DNA of 64,000 bases from Zygnema circumcarinatum SAG 698-1b (taxonomy: Eukaryota; Plantae; Zygnematophyceae), in the NCBI GenBank assembly GCA_037447605.1, contig CM074820.1, positions 2,046,001 through 2,110,000 on the forward strand, written 5' to 3'. Numbering within the stretch: the stretch's first letter is position 1; the number at the start of each line of letters is the position of its first letter. A model generated the notes under the pieces. That model worked only from the letters and a program-made list of their open reading frames with translations, searched no databases and had not been told where the DNA came from. Shown here piece after piece: positions 49,854 to 61,994 of the stretch. Position numbers and translations under genes: made by a program.

Positions 49854-52800
49854 CTATTTATGCAGAGCTGACATGACAACATCTGCTCCTTCAAATGCGC
49901 AGCCTATCTGAGAAAGCATTTGCAAAGCAGAGTCGTGTGCCGTACCCTAGGAATGTTCAAAATATAAATAAAGGAAATGACAAAAAACCTGCGTTTTGCA
50001 GGTTAGTAGCTACGCCTACTTCTGCAGTCGGCTATGTAGAAAGGGCCGCCGGCCTCGTCCTGAAAGTGCCTCCGCCTTTCCACTTCCAAGCACACCCTCG
50101 TGCAGTGCAGAGCAGTGCAGTGCAGGCCATGGCTACTGGCAGGAGAGGAAGAGTTGGCTAATTCCGGGTCCTCCCAGACGCCGGAGCAGCCCACTTATTC
50201 CCGCTTGTGCTAAGCATGTGGTGGCATGCATACCCATAATGTCAAACAAATGGCTCGCTCATTTCTTTATTTCCCTCCCTCAGCTGAGAGAGGCGCTGAG
50301 AGAGAGCTCGGAGGGAGAGAAGGAAGCCGTTTCCGCTACTTTAATGAACATGTACAAGCTCTGCAGGGACCCTGCAGGGCGGCTGTTGAGCCACTGGGGG
50401 GGCAGCGAGGGAGCATAGGAGAGGCACCTTGCTGCCCTCCTCAGAGTCTCCTCCTCCTCCCTCTCCCACTCCCCTCCAACAAGTCCTCTCCTCCCCTTCA
50501 GCGCGACTCCAACTGCCTGTGTCGGTGGACTGCCCCCATACATGGCCTCCAATGGCAGCATTGGCTGCTCACCCGCCCCGCCCACAGCAGCTGCCATCAG
50601 CTCTCCACTCCTCATGTCCTCTGCATACATTCATACATGCATACATGCATGCATGCATTCCCTAACACGAGTGGCTACCAGCAGAGGCGCAGCAAAGGCC
50701 TACCTGACCGCTATTGCCAGAGCAACAGGTGCTTCAAGAAGGAGTTTTTTCCTCGGCTGTGGGCCCTTGCAGGCGGTAGGCTCAGCGAACTGCTGCATTG
50801 CCAATGGACCCTTTGCGCTCCCTTCCCTGAAGCAACAACAGTCGGAATGAAAGGATGAGTGAGGAAGGAAGACACGCACAGGAGCCATGATTACACGTGC
50901 TTCTGAAACTGCGGAGTTTGTCATGTTGAAGAATATGCTTACCTCCACAAGACGCGAGACATTTGGGGAACTCCAAGCACCAGCTGCATCCCCATCGCAG
51001 AAAAATGAAAGTCAGTTGCGGTGTGTGCTAACTTAGTCTCCTCATATTCCTGTTTTTAAGAGAAGGTTTTTCTTTGAACTCGGTTTTGCAGGCTGAAGGG
51101 GCTGTCCAGCTTACCAAGTCGGCAGAGCGCATCCAGTCAGTCTCCTGCTCAACGTCCCACGAAACACCTGAAACCTCCTCCTGCAATGCACGCAGCCCAC
51201 ACTGATCATTACTTTGTGCATGCACTCTTACATTCTTAGTATTCTTACGCCCAACATTGAGAATACGGTATTTTCGATGCAGAAAAGGACCCCCCCTCTT
51301 GCCTACCTCTGCCAACTTCTTCCGAATGCGTCGATTGAGCTCGTGTACTTCAGACATAGCCGTTTCCTGCACCCCCTCCTCCGCTCACTTTCAGCACACA
51401 CGCCTCTGCAGACTTCTTATTGCAGAAACCGCAGGAGCAATACATATCATTAATAGCTAATACAATAATAATCCAATACCGAATATCCACCAAACAATCC
51501 AAATCCACCACCTGCTCTTATCTCCGACTTTTTCTTTCAGCCACAACTCTCCACCCACACAACCCTCACCAAGAAACTCTCATCAGAGCTGGGCCACAAC
51601 CTCATTAGACCCTTAAAAAACATCTTTTCTAACATTGCAAATTTCATATTGACATAACTTTGAAGCAAGAGCAGCCGCGCGCACCTGCACGAGCACCGCC
51701 ATGTCCTCCTGCGCGCGCTCGACCTCCTCCATGTCGAGCAGCGCCCTCGCCCTCAGAAGGCGCGCCCGCGAACAGTCCGGCTGTGCGCGTAGCGCCGCGG
51801 TGGCGTCGAGCACAGCTTTGTGCCGGTACCGCTCGGGCCACAACTGAAGCAGGCAGTCCGCTCGCATGCTGCCCCGCCCCTCCGTCCCCACTTCCCAACT
51901 GTCAGCGAAGAATTCTAACCCTTACCCTAACCCTAATCGGGGAGCTACGGCCTTTCTCCCACTCCCTCCGAGAGCAACAGAAGAGGACAACCCTAAAACA
52001 CGACCGCCCCCTTCTGGCAGGAGCAGGAATCAGAGGCTTTACGTGTAGAGCTCAGCAAGCGCAGGGTCCGAAGGCGAGGCGGAGAGGAGGCGGAGGGCCT
52101 CCTGACAGGGCGGCAGCGCCTCCTCGTAGCGTCGCTGGGAGTACAGAATCATGGCCTGCTTGCGGAGCCGCTGCAGACAAAACAGTGTGGTTGGTGGCTC
52201 AGAGACTGCTAGCAGAGAATTTTGACTGTAGAGAAGTTCAGTTTGAAAAGCAATTGGTTGCTTCTTTAAAACTCCAAAAGGTGCATTTTCTGACAGAGTC
52301 TCCTCACCATGGCTGCTGCAGCTGGATGGCCCTGAGCCTGAAGGGCGGAAACTGCTCCAGGAGTGCCCCTAACCGGGGTCCACACACCTTCCGTGTCTTC
52401 AGAACCCTGCACCCCCCTCCTCCCTTATCGCATTTAGAGCTCGGTCGTGTCTCCAATATCGTGCTTAATCAAACCGGTCCGTTTCCGAGGCATTCTCAAG
52501 CACCGCGTCTGCCAATTGCTGAAATTCTTCAACCTCCTCAGCTTCCGCAAGCCATCATTCCCACGAATGCTGGCAAACCTCCCATCACTGCTCCACATCA
52601 AAACAGGCAAAAAAACAGCATTCGTTCCAGAAGAATGCCGTAGCCAGAAGCCCACCTCATGGCTGGTCAAGAGCTCCATCCATGGCGCCTCTCCAGATGG
52701 ATAAAGACTGGACCCCTTCCGAGCAGTGGAAGTCCGCCCATCCCCATTCAGAGACCCGCAATCGGACACCTCCCTTGCTTCTTCTACAGCCACAGGAATG

Positions 52801-54477
52801 CCCAAAACGCTGCGAAGTCCCCACATTGGACTCGCGCTTCGCCGCATCTCCTCCGCCTCCGCCTCCTCCGCCATCCTCTGCAAAGCCGGCAGCAGCCTCT
52901 CCTTCAACCGCAACCTCTCCCCCAAACACTGGAAGCCCAATCCCACCAATTCCTCCGCCAGACTCTCGTCCCAATGTCCCGCCAAAGGGTCCAATCTTCG
53001 CAGTACAGATTCCAACTCTTCTGCTGAGACCTCCCCTCCCCCTCCTAAGGCTTCTCGAACCTTCGGTTCAATCTCCTCCCCCTCCACACAGCCTGTGGCG
53101 AGCTGCAGGAGGAGGGTCCCGAGGGAGCGAAGGTCCGCATCGTCTACAAGAATGGCGGTGGCCAGCGCGTCGAGGTCGAGGTCTGGAGGCCTGTCAGTTC
53201 GCAAAAAGAACTTTTCGCTTTAGGGCGAGGAAAGATTGGAATTAGAGCGAGGCACACAGTGTCCGGTGTGCAGTAAGGGGTGGGGGGAGAGGGGGGAGAG
53301 GGGGGGGAGGGNNNNNNNNNNGAGGAGAGGAGGGAGAGAAGGGAGAGGAGGGAGAGGGGGGAGAGCAGGGAGAGGGGGGAGAGGAGGGAGAGGGGGAAGA
53401 GGACGGAGAGGGGGGAGAGAAGGGAGAGGGGGGAGAGGGGGGAGGGGGGGAAGAGGAGGAAGAGGAGGGAGAGGAGGGAGAGAAGGGAGAGGGGGGAAAG
53501 GGGAGAGGGGGGGGGAGAAAAGATCACCCGCTGTCGGAAGATGCATTCCGGACCTTGGCGGCGGAGTCCTTTCGCAGGAGGTGGTCGAAAGGGGGCATCA
53601 CCTTAATTAGGAAAGTTGACGAACGAGAGAGAGAGAGGGAGAGGGGGATGATATGCGAGAGAGTCAGTGCGGAAAACAAACAAAGACCATGAGAGGGAGA
53701 GGAGAGAGGTACAGAGAACCCAGAAAGCAAAGCGAACAAAACAGCAAACTACTTCTTGTGTAACTCCAAATTCCATGGCGACGAGACTCTACACCCTCAT
53801 TCACCTTGCAGCCGCCGCCGTTCCGCTCGAGCAAGACGTTCCCCGCGTCCAGGCCGCCATGGCTCATCTTGAGCTCGCGCAGGTACACGAGAACTGCCGC
53901 AATGTCCGCCGCCATGCGGAAGCGCTCCGCCCATGGAATAGGGGGCATGGCCGGACTCCGCCCCGCCCCCAAACGGTCACGGAGACTCCCTCCCGCGGGT
54001 CTCTCCCATATTGTATAGGCCGCGCTCCCCCGCAGGCAGAAGCCCATAAGGATCATGACCCGCGGGTGCCGCAGCCGGGTCATCGCCTTGAGGGCGGACC
54101 GGGTTTTCTCCGCCTCTGCAGGAGGGTCCAAACACAGCACCTGGAAGAACGACCCAACGCCCCACCAAGAGTTTACTAAGACATGACCTAATTAGGGTGG
54201 TTATTATGTGATTTAGAGCGAATGAGGGAGACCCAACAAGCGTAAGACCTAATCGGGGTAGAACTGAATGAGTTACTGACTGACTGACTGACTGACTGAC
54301 CTTCACAGTGACCAAGTCTCCCCACAAGCGCCCTCGGTAGGCCTCTCCGTATCGGTCGCTGAACCCCATCCTGTTGCGCGCGGCGAAGCCGTCCGTCGCC
54401 TCCAAAATCTTCTCGAAGGGGAGCTCGGCGGGGTCCATGATTGTGCCCTCCTCCCTGTCGGAATCTATGGCTGCCAT
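49854..54477 (-). CDS. RLCK-type pseudokinase fused to C-terminal TPR repeats; 3' end uncertain (50280 or 49854)
   Basis: LPFEKILEATDGFAARNRMGFSDRYGEAYRGRLWGDLVTVK, LRHPRVMILMGFC, IPWAERFRMAADIA, SHGGLDAGNVLL (no HRD), DADLRSLGTLLLQLATG, LDPLAGHWDESLAEELVGLGFQC. TPR-like exons follow: RLRKQAMILYSQRRYEEALPPCQEALRLL and ADCLLQL..AVLDATAALRAQPDCSRARLLRARALLDMEEVERAQED. Confidence 0.68.
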
Positions 54478-56758
54478 GCCTCCTCCTCGACCCCTTCAAG
54501 CGGCACTTAAAGGGAAGCAGGGCAGGGGCAGAGAAGGGGAGGCGGGGGAAATACGACAAGGGCCGCCGCATAACGCGGGGAGTGGGGGCGGGCGGCAGTT
54601 GTACGAAAGGCCGGGCGGCGACACGCTGGGCGCCTTGACTCAAGACAGAAGGGACAAAATTTCTGCCGCCCGGACCGTACGACGGGAGAGTGGGTCAACT
54701 GATTTCGCGCACATGCGCCAGGTTTGGTTTGTCGATTTGGGGACCACCGGAAAAACGGCCAACCGCTAACCGCCCGACGCCCGGACTGTAGCGGACGCGG
54801 CGACAGCCGGAAAACTGACGGGCGGGGTTTTGGGCACAGCGAATCTATAGTTAGAAGCACACTGAATAAGCGGTATTTTCACGTGCCAAATTTTCGTTAT
54901 CCAATCAAGTTGAGCCAGCTGGCATTACAAACCTAAACAGATGGTAGATTCTGGTCATCCGTACATAATTTTAGCTTTTGATTATATACGACAAAATACA
55001 CCGGCCAGAATTGACTGTCGTTGGACAGATTCTGTGCAGAGATTTTGTAACCGTGTCAGCAAGGTATACCGGGCGGCGGCCCATTGGCGGATGTAGATTT
55101 AGCCACCTGCAACCTGATAACTGCAGGGTGCCGTTAGCGGCCATCGCGTCTTTCTGGAGTTTTGCCTCGTCCCCGCCCCCGCATATCGATCATATTTTTC
55201 ATATCGGATACGTCAACGATACTCAGTACGCGACTAGTGGACCGTATGGCGTGGAAAACGCCGCGGCGGCCGTGACCGGAGCGACCGCATTCATAACGAC
55301 AAGCGGCGACTGAGGCTGAGGCTGAGGCTGTCCCGTCCAAAAAACCGTCAAACTCGACGCGTGTCAGCCCAAAAATGTGCCACGTGAATCAAAACTCAAA
55401 GACAGACAGCGTGTCCGTACGATTTGGGCGGCACGACATTTGTCTCTTCTGACTTGAGTCAACGAGCCCAGCCAGTCACCTTTCCCCAGCCCCGCTGGAC
55501 CGTACACTTCTCGTTCGGCAGTTGTACGGTTTCACCGCCCGCCCGCGACCTGCGGCACACGTCCCCATGAAAAAGTCCCCCGCCTTCAAGGCGCGGGTCC
55601 CCCCCGAGGTCCCCCTCAGGTCCCTTCCCTTAAAGTGGAGCCGGCAAAACCGAGGGACGCCAGCGCGAGGTCCCTGCGACCGTACGGTCTCTTTGGCGGG
55701 ACGAGGCGCGCCCTCCTGGCGGCGAATATTCGGTGCGGGTGACGTGGCCATGGTCCAGATGCCGTCAGCAGTTGAGGTCATCAGAGTTGCGAACCGGGAC
55801 GGAAAGTTTGTAACCTCCGAACGAAGTTTGTGCCTTGTGCTGCTCGACTTTTCATATTTATATTTTTTGATAGACGGATCGCTCGTGCGGGGCAGGCGTC
55901 GACCAATCAAACGATGACAAGGTGGATACATGGTGAGTTTTAACTGGTGGAATCATTTGCTTACCCCCTTTTCTTGTTCGTGTACAAATACCCAATTTAA
56001 TTTCAAGAGGCTTCATTTTCACCACCCCAAAATGCACAAAAGCGTCAAAAGTTTGCAGACTTACGCTAGCAAAGTTTCATTCACGTCAGCAAACTTTCAA
56101 GTAGCAGAAATGTGGCTCATGTCGCGACGTGTCGCCACGTCGTTTTCATTGCCGTACGGTCAAGCCACGTATCGAAGATCGTTGACGTACTGGATATTCC
56201 CGATATGGAAGGGGCCGGGCAGAAAGGCTCCGCGGCTGCTAAGGGCACACCGCAGCTGACCAGTTTCAAGCTCAAAACTCTACCTGCCAATGGACGGCCG
56301 CCAGATGTCACCCATTGACGTGCGGAGAAAATCTCCTGCACAGAATCCACGCATAACGACGGTCAACTCAGGCGGTATAATTTGTCGTACGCTCAGAAAA
56401 GCCAAAATTCTGTACGTGTGACGTGTACCTACTGTCGCCATCCTGACGTCAATTCAGCCAGCTGGCTCGACGCGATTGGACCTTCACGATTTTGCATGTG
56501 AAGTTAAGGAATCTTGAGTGTGCCATTAGCTCAAATAAGCACGATATATCGATTCCTGTCAAATATTTCTCGGTATTTCCATGCCGCCCCTCTCCCGTAC
56601 GCGGCCTCCGGCTGTCTCCTCCCGATGAGAGGAGAGGAAGGCGCTATAGCCGGCAGGGCCAAGGCCATGGCGGGCCAAGGCCAGGCCGGAGCCATGGCGG
56701 CTGACCTGCTGCAAGGGCCCAAGGAGAAGCCCTCCTAGCGCAGAATGTAGAGGCCGCC

Positions 56759-59326
56759 ATGGGCTGCGCTGCGTCCTCCCTGCTCCCTCAGAAGCTCAGA
56801 AAGAAGGGGAAGGGCTCCTCCTTCATCCGGTCGCTCTCCCCCGCCGAGGAGGAGCAGGAGGAGGAGGAGAAGGAGGATGCTGGGGGGAGGCTTTCGGCGC
56901 TGCGCGTGTTCCCCTACAGCGAGCTCGCGGGGGCGACTCGCAACTTCCGCGCAAGCGAGAAGATTGGCAGCGGAGCCTTCGGGAACGTGTACCGTGGGAC
57001 GCTGGGAGGGGGGCAGGGGGGGGAGGGAGAGGGAGAGGGAGAGGGAGGGGGAGGGAGAGGAGGGGCGCCGCTGGAGATAGCGGTGAAGCGGTCCAAGCCG
57101 GGGGCGCTGCAGGGCAGCCGGGAATGGATTGTGAGTGGAGCTGGGCCTTAGCGCGGAGGGAAGGGGAGAGGAGCTGAAAAGGGGGAGGGAGGGTGCGGGT
57201 ATTCATTCATGGCGCATTGTCATCAGCTTCATCATCGTCAGTCGTCGTCGTCGTCGTCGTCTCCTCAGGCACTGTAATGAAATTTATTTTCTGAGCATTT
57301 ATAGCAAATTTCTCCTACGAGAAAGGGTGGCCATTCAACGCGCCAATCGGCGGCGGAGATATTTTTTTCCGGTTAAGAATAAGTAGTTGACATGAGTTTG
57401 AAATTCGTGGAACAAGTCTGAGCTGAAGTGCTTTCAAAGCTTCCTCCACACCCCTTTCTCCCAGTCTCTCCCCTCGCCGCCATGGCTGACACCCGTCCCT
57501 CGGAAGGCGTTATGCTATGCGTCGGGCGAAGTAGGGTTGTTTGGGATATGGACGTTTTTGACATGATGTGAAGGTGGTGGTGCCATAGAAATGCTAAGTC
57601 AACATTCTTCTTAACATACTGGGCTTATCTCCTGTTCCTTCAGCATCAGTTGGCACTTGAGTTGTCCTTTTGTGAAGCCTTCTCTCGAGGTTCACAGAGT
57701 CGGATATCTCCCTCCTCTAGTGAGCCCGTGATAGAGCTCGGTATGCAGCCCTTAATCTCTCACTCGGAAAGGTTAGGTTTGGCATACTCTGATCCCTCAG
57801 ACAAATGAATATGTTTGGGGTTTATGGATGATGTCAGATGGAGGTCCGTACATTGGAGAAGCTTCATCATCCAAATGTAAGTCAAGAATTCTGGTCTTGC
57901 ACAGGGATAGCCCTCATATATTAAATTATTTCTTTTTCGAACTATTGCCGGCAAATTAGCGAGCCAGATTGCAGCCTTCCAGGCCCTGCGAGATGGGGGA
58001 GAGTCCCTGCATGCATGCATGCATGCATGCTGATGTGGCGGATGACGATTGGCGGCAGGTGGTGCGTCTGCTGGGGTACGGGGCAGAGCGGGAGGAGCTG
58101 CTGCTCGCCTATGAGCTCATGCCACGTGGCAGCCTCTTCGATGCTCTCTTCTCGTCACGTGAGTCTCCAAAAGGTTCTGGGAAGACAAAACGTTGGCCCT
58201 TCAACAAGGCATTGTTGGCGCTTTAGCAGCGGAAGTATAATGAATGGCAGCGGAAGCGGTTATGGGGCCCTCCTCCCTCCCTCCCTCCCTCCCCCTCCCC
58301 TTCCCCCTCCCNNNNNNNNNNCTTGCATGAAGGGGACTGCGGATGGTGCAGGGCCCCTGTACCTGGACTGGCGGCAGCGCATGCTGATCGCCCTTGATGG
58401 AGCGAAAGGGCTCAAATATCTCCACAGCAACAATGTCATGCACCGCGACATGAAGGCGGGAAACCTGCTCCTGGATAAGGTGAGCTTTGCAGCTCACAGT
58501 CAATACAGGGTGTGCTCTCCGGACTGTGTTTGGTTGGAGACGAAGTGAGGCAGCAGGGTCTCATCATTGGCCTCTTATTATTCACCCTGCTTTCAACTTA
58601 TGATGGGTGTCTGCGTTTGTTTGCAGAACCTTAGAGCAAAGGTGACAGACTTTGGCTTGGCCAGAGCCGGACCTTTCGGCGGTGCCGATGCTGTCCCGAC
58701 CCTCATCAAGGGCACGCACGGATACATATGCCCCCACTATCTATTCACAGGTATGACCCAACTCAGCCTCTCCCACTCTCCCTCTCCCTCTCTCCCTCTC
58801 CCTTCACTCTGCTCTGTCTGTTGCAGACGGCTGGCTATGCATGGTCACCATCCCCCTCCATTCTGTGCCTTCCTCTGCATCCGTTTCCAGCATCCCCCTC
58901 TTCCTTCTTGGATCAAAAACCATCTAAATTGTACTCACGTTTCGGGTCGACCCAAATGCATGTGCAGGCACCGCGGGTCTGTCAGTGGACATTTTCGCCT
59001 TTGGGGTGGTCCTATTCGAGCTCGTGACAGGGCGTCGCAACACGCTGAGTGACGGGCAGCATTTGACGGACTGGGTGAGGGCGAGGGCACGCATAGCTCC
59101 CTCGTCGGGGGAGCTCAGTTCGGGCCTGCACGCGTCCTCGCACTACATTGGGCACATCATAGATCGGCAGTTTCAGCCGCTGAGCATGCAGCCGCATGCC
59201 ACCCGCCGATCCATGCAAGCGGCCGTTTGGCTCGCCAGTGAGTGCGTGGAGAGGCAGCCCGCAGCGAGGCCGTCAGCGGAGCAGGTGGTGGCGCGTCTGA
59301 AGGAGGTCGTCCAGATGTGCTCCTGA
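56759..59326 (+). CDS. Catalytically intact receptor-like cytoplasmic kinase, RLCK-VII (PBS1/PBL)-like, with MGC lipidation motif; 6 exons
   Basis: MGCAAS..., [48 protein letters not shown] / [13 protein letters not shown] / VVRLLGY...YELMPRGSL / [36 protein letters not shown] / [13 protein letters not shown]...[12 protein letters not shown] / [16 protein letters not shown]...[11 protein letters not shown]. Confidence 0.93.
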
Positions 59327-59526
59327 GAGGGGGGGGGGAGAGGAAGGGGAAGGGGAAGGGGAAGGGGAAGGGGGAGGGGGGCACATCCGCTGCACGTGAT
59401 ACGTGTGTCTCTACCTTATGGCATGGCTCAGAGAGGCTGCTAGATGGGATAACGTTGTACTACTAGGGGTAGATATTATTGAAGAGACGAAGAACAAACT
59501 GCTAATCTAAGCAATACGTAACTCGA

Positions 59527-59626
59527 NNNNNNNNNNNNNNNNNNNNNNNNNNNNNNNNNNNNNNNNNNNNNNNNNNNNNNNNNNNNNNNNNNNNNNNNNN
59601 NNNNNNNNNNNNNNNNNNNNNNNNNN
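59527..59626. other. Assembly gap (100 N)
   Basis: Run of 100 N. Additional 10-N gaps lie at ~15953, 21101, 40368, 49221, 53312 and 58312, all inside G- or C-rich purine/pyrimidine tracts. Confidence 0.98.
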
Positions 59627-59809
59627 GACAGTAGCTGTGATTTATGTATGATATTGACGGACAACAAATTGATCACAAATGAAGCTATTCGGAGACACAT
59701 GGCTGAACAAACAGTGTCAACTAGGGACACCAGCAAACACAACTTTAGATTCCTTACCGAGCTCGATAACTAAGTCAAGGTCAGAAGGCTTCCACTATGA
59801 CATAATGTA

Positions 59810-61539
59810 AGGAACGTGAAACCACCTGATGGTAGAGAAGGAGTAGCAGCAGGTGGTGCAGACACAGAATCCTCGATTGGAAAAAGTGGTTGTGTAGGAG
59901 GTCGAATGGGAAAGAGCATTTGGGGGGGTTTTTGCGGAGCAACTGCACTAGAGGAAGGGGTGGCGGCTATTGGAAAAAGCGGCGATGGGGAAACTCCAGG
60001 AGCAGGAGGTTGGGCCACTGACTGAGAGCTTTGGATTGGGAACAAAGGCTGCGAAGGAGGCCGAGGAGGGGCCAATAATGGAGGGCGAGAGTGAGGGTGA
60101 GAGTGAGAGATGGTAGGAGGTGGCGGCCATGATGGGGCCTGAACCCCTGAATGCTGTGGAGGCCATGAAGGCGGCAAGGTTGGCCTTGGGACTTGAGGAA
60201 TCTGAGGGGGCAAAAACCTGCAAGTGAAGCGGAAAGTAATCTTGAATCCATGTTGTCCGGCATGGAGGCCTCTGCTGCCATGGCCCTCCTGTGAAGTCTG
60301 ACATACCAGACTGAAATGGAACATTGACGGAGACAACGCAGCAACAAGATCACCCAGGAAAGTCATCCAGCGCACTCAATTCACAGAAGACGAGGCACCA
60401 AAGAAGACGATAGTATTCCTCCTTCCAGAAAGGTTTCTTACTTCTAGAAGACAACTCTGGCAGGTTTGCACTCACGCAAGAGAAGCGACCTACGCACCTT
60501 GCGAAGCCAGACATATCCAATTCATCCCTGGCACAACAAGCACAACACAATACAGATGGTAAGGAACAAGGAAACTTACACTGGCGGTGATCCGCTATAC
60601 GGTTGCGGGGCCATACCAAATATTGCTGGCGTTGGCATCTCCACCTTGGGAACCTTGGCAGGTCTTTCCTCATCTGAGAATGCTCCCAGTGACAATTGTT
60701 GTATTCCCAACAGCGGACCAACGTCAGCTCTATGCAGCAGTCCCAACCTCACAGCTCTTATCTAACCCTAAAACAGCGAGGCTTTCGAAACGTTGACGAC
60801 AAGCCCTAGACCTAACGTATAGATGAGAGGACTCAAATAAACAATGAATAAGAGTCGAAATTCTTCTCCAAACATGTCGTGATGTGGAGCTCTGAAGCCT
60901 TTTAGAAATACAGCATCAGTCACCATTCTCTGCTTCGTCGAGCTATGAAGGAAAAATAAGAGAACACCGACGCTCCAGCATCCACCACATGTCCAAAGCA
61001 GGAGAAGCAGCTAAAGATTCTAGCTGATCAGGCTCGCAGGCTTCCCTACCTGCCTCCCCGTTATGTTCAGCCAGAGCCTCTGGAGGTATCCCTTCCATTC
61101 CAAATATTTCAATGTCCACAGACTCGCGGCCAGGTCTCGCGTTCGGAACCCTGCAATTGCCAGGGATTCATCCTTTTACTGCATTAAAAAACCCTATATT
61201 CGATTCGAACAGAGGATGCCGAAGCACAGGATACAACGAAAGTGCTCACCTCCGACCCTGAACTTCGACCTTAGGCCTAAGAATGGCAGCGCAGCACAGT
61301 CCTATCCGCATAAAGAAAGGAGCGGAGAGCAGCGAAGCCGGCGCTTACTTAGTCATGTTCTCCTTGTGCACCTGCAGCACGTGCACGACCATGCCGCCCG
61401 CCGTGCTGAGCTTCTTGTGGCAGACGTGGCACTTGAAGTGCTTGGCCTTCTGGTGCTGGATCAGGATCTTCTCGTCCTCGAACTCGCGCTCGCAGTAGTA
61501 GCACCATGGCTTCGCGGCCTTCTTCTTCTTCTTCCCCAT
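59810..61539 (-). CDS. SUF4: SUF4 / ZNF207 (BuGZ)-family C2H2 zinc-finger protein, 3' part lost in the gap
   Basis: [60 protein letters not shown] / [24 protein letters not shown] / Pro-rich exons with repeated (P/M)LFPI. Confidence 0.93.
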
Positions 61540-61994
61540 AGCGCCCTCTCCCTTTCCCTCTCTCTCTCCCTCTCCCTCTCCCTCTCCCTCTCCCTCTTCC
61601 TCTCTCGCTCTCTCTCCCTCCCTCCCAAGGGCTGCAGGAGGAGAGCTTGCGCCGCGGAACGGAACCAACCGATGGGGAATGAATCCCCTCCCCTGGTTCC
61701 AAGCATGACTAACTTGACTAAATTAGACTGACAAGAAGCAGAAACTAACCATCAGGCATTGGCCACAGCCCGACCAGCGCTGAGGCCAACTGACTAAAGC
61801 ACAATTTTCAATTGGGCGCGCGATTGCAATTTTGAATGGCATTTCGTTTCCTGATCCTTTTGAAAGAATTATTTCCTTTTGGGGCCTTTAGACCTCCCTG
61901 GTACTGTAACAAAGAAATTTGGACTTCCGTCCTGCTGCTGCTGCTGCTGCTGCTGGCTTCCTCCCCCCCTCCCTCCCTCCCTCCCTCTGCCGCC
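61540..61994. promoter_or_regulatory. Short divergent (bidirectional) promoter between SUF4 and the glycosyltransferase gene
   Basis: Head-to-head ATGs at 61539 (-) and 61995 (+), 455 bp apart. Confidence 0.6.

Noticed and set aside
47198-54477. Single tandem-kinase (TKP-like) gene joining both pseudokinases
   Set aside because: The upstream gene has in-frame stops at 50280 and 49854, and promoter-type motifs (ERSE-like 48836, G-boxes, GTAC) lie just before the second kinase. Two genes are the simpler reading, though long reads could overturn this.
59830-60060. Repeated (P/M)LFPI motif in SUF4
   Set aside because: Recalled as an ordinary feature of plant SUF4 proteins, so not novel.
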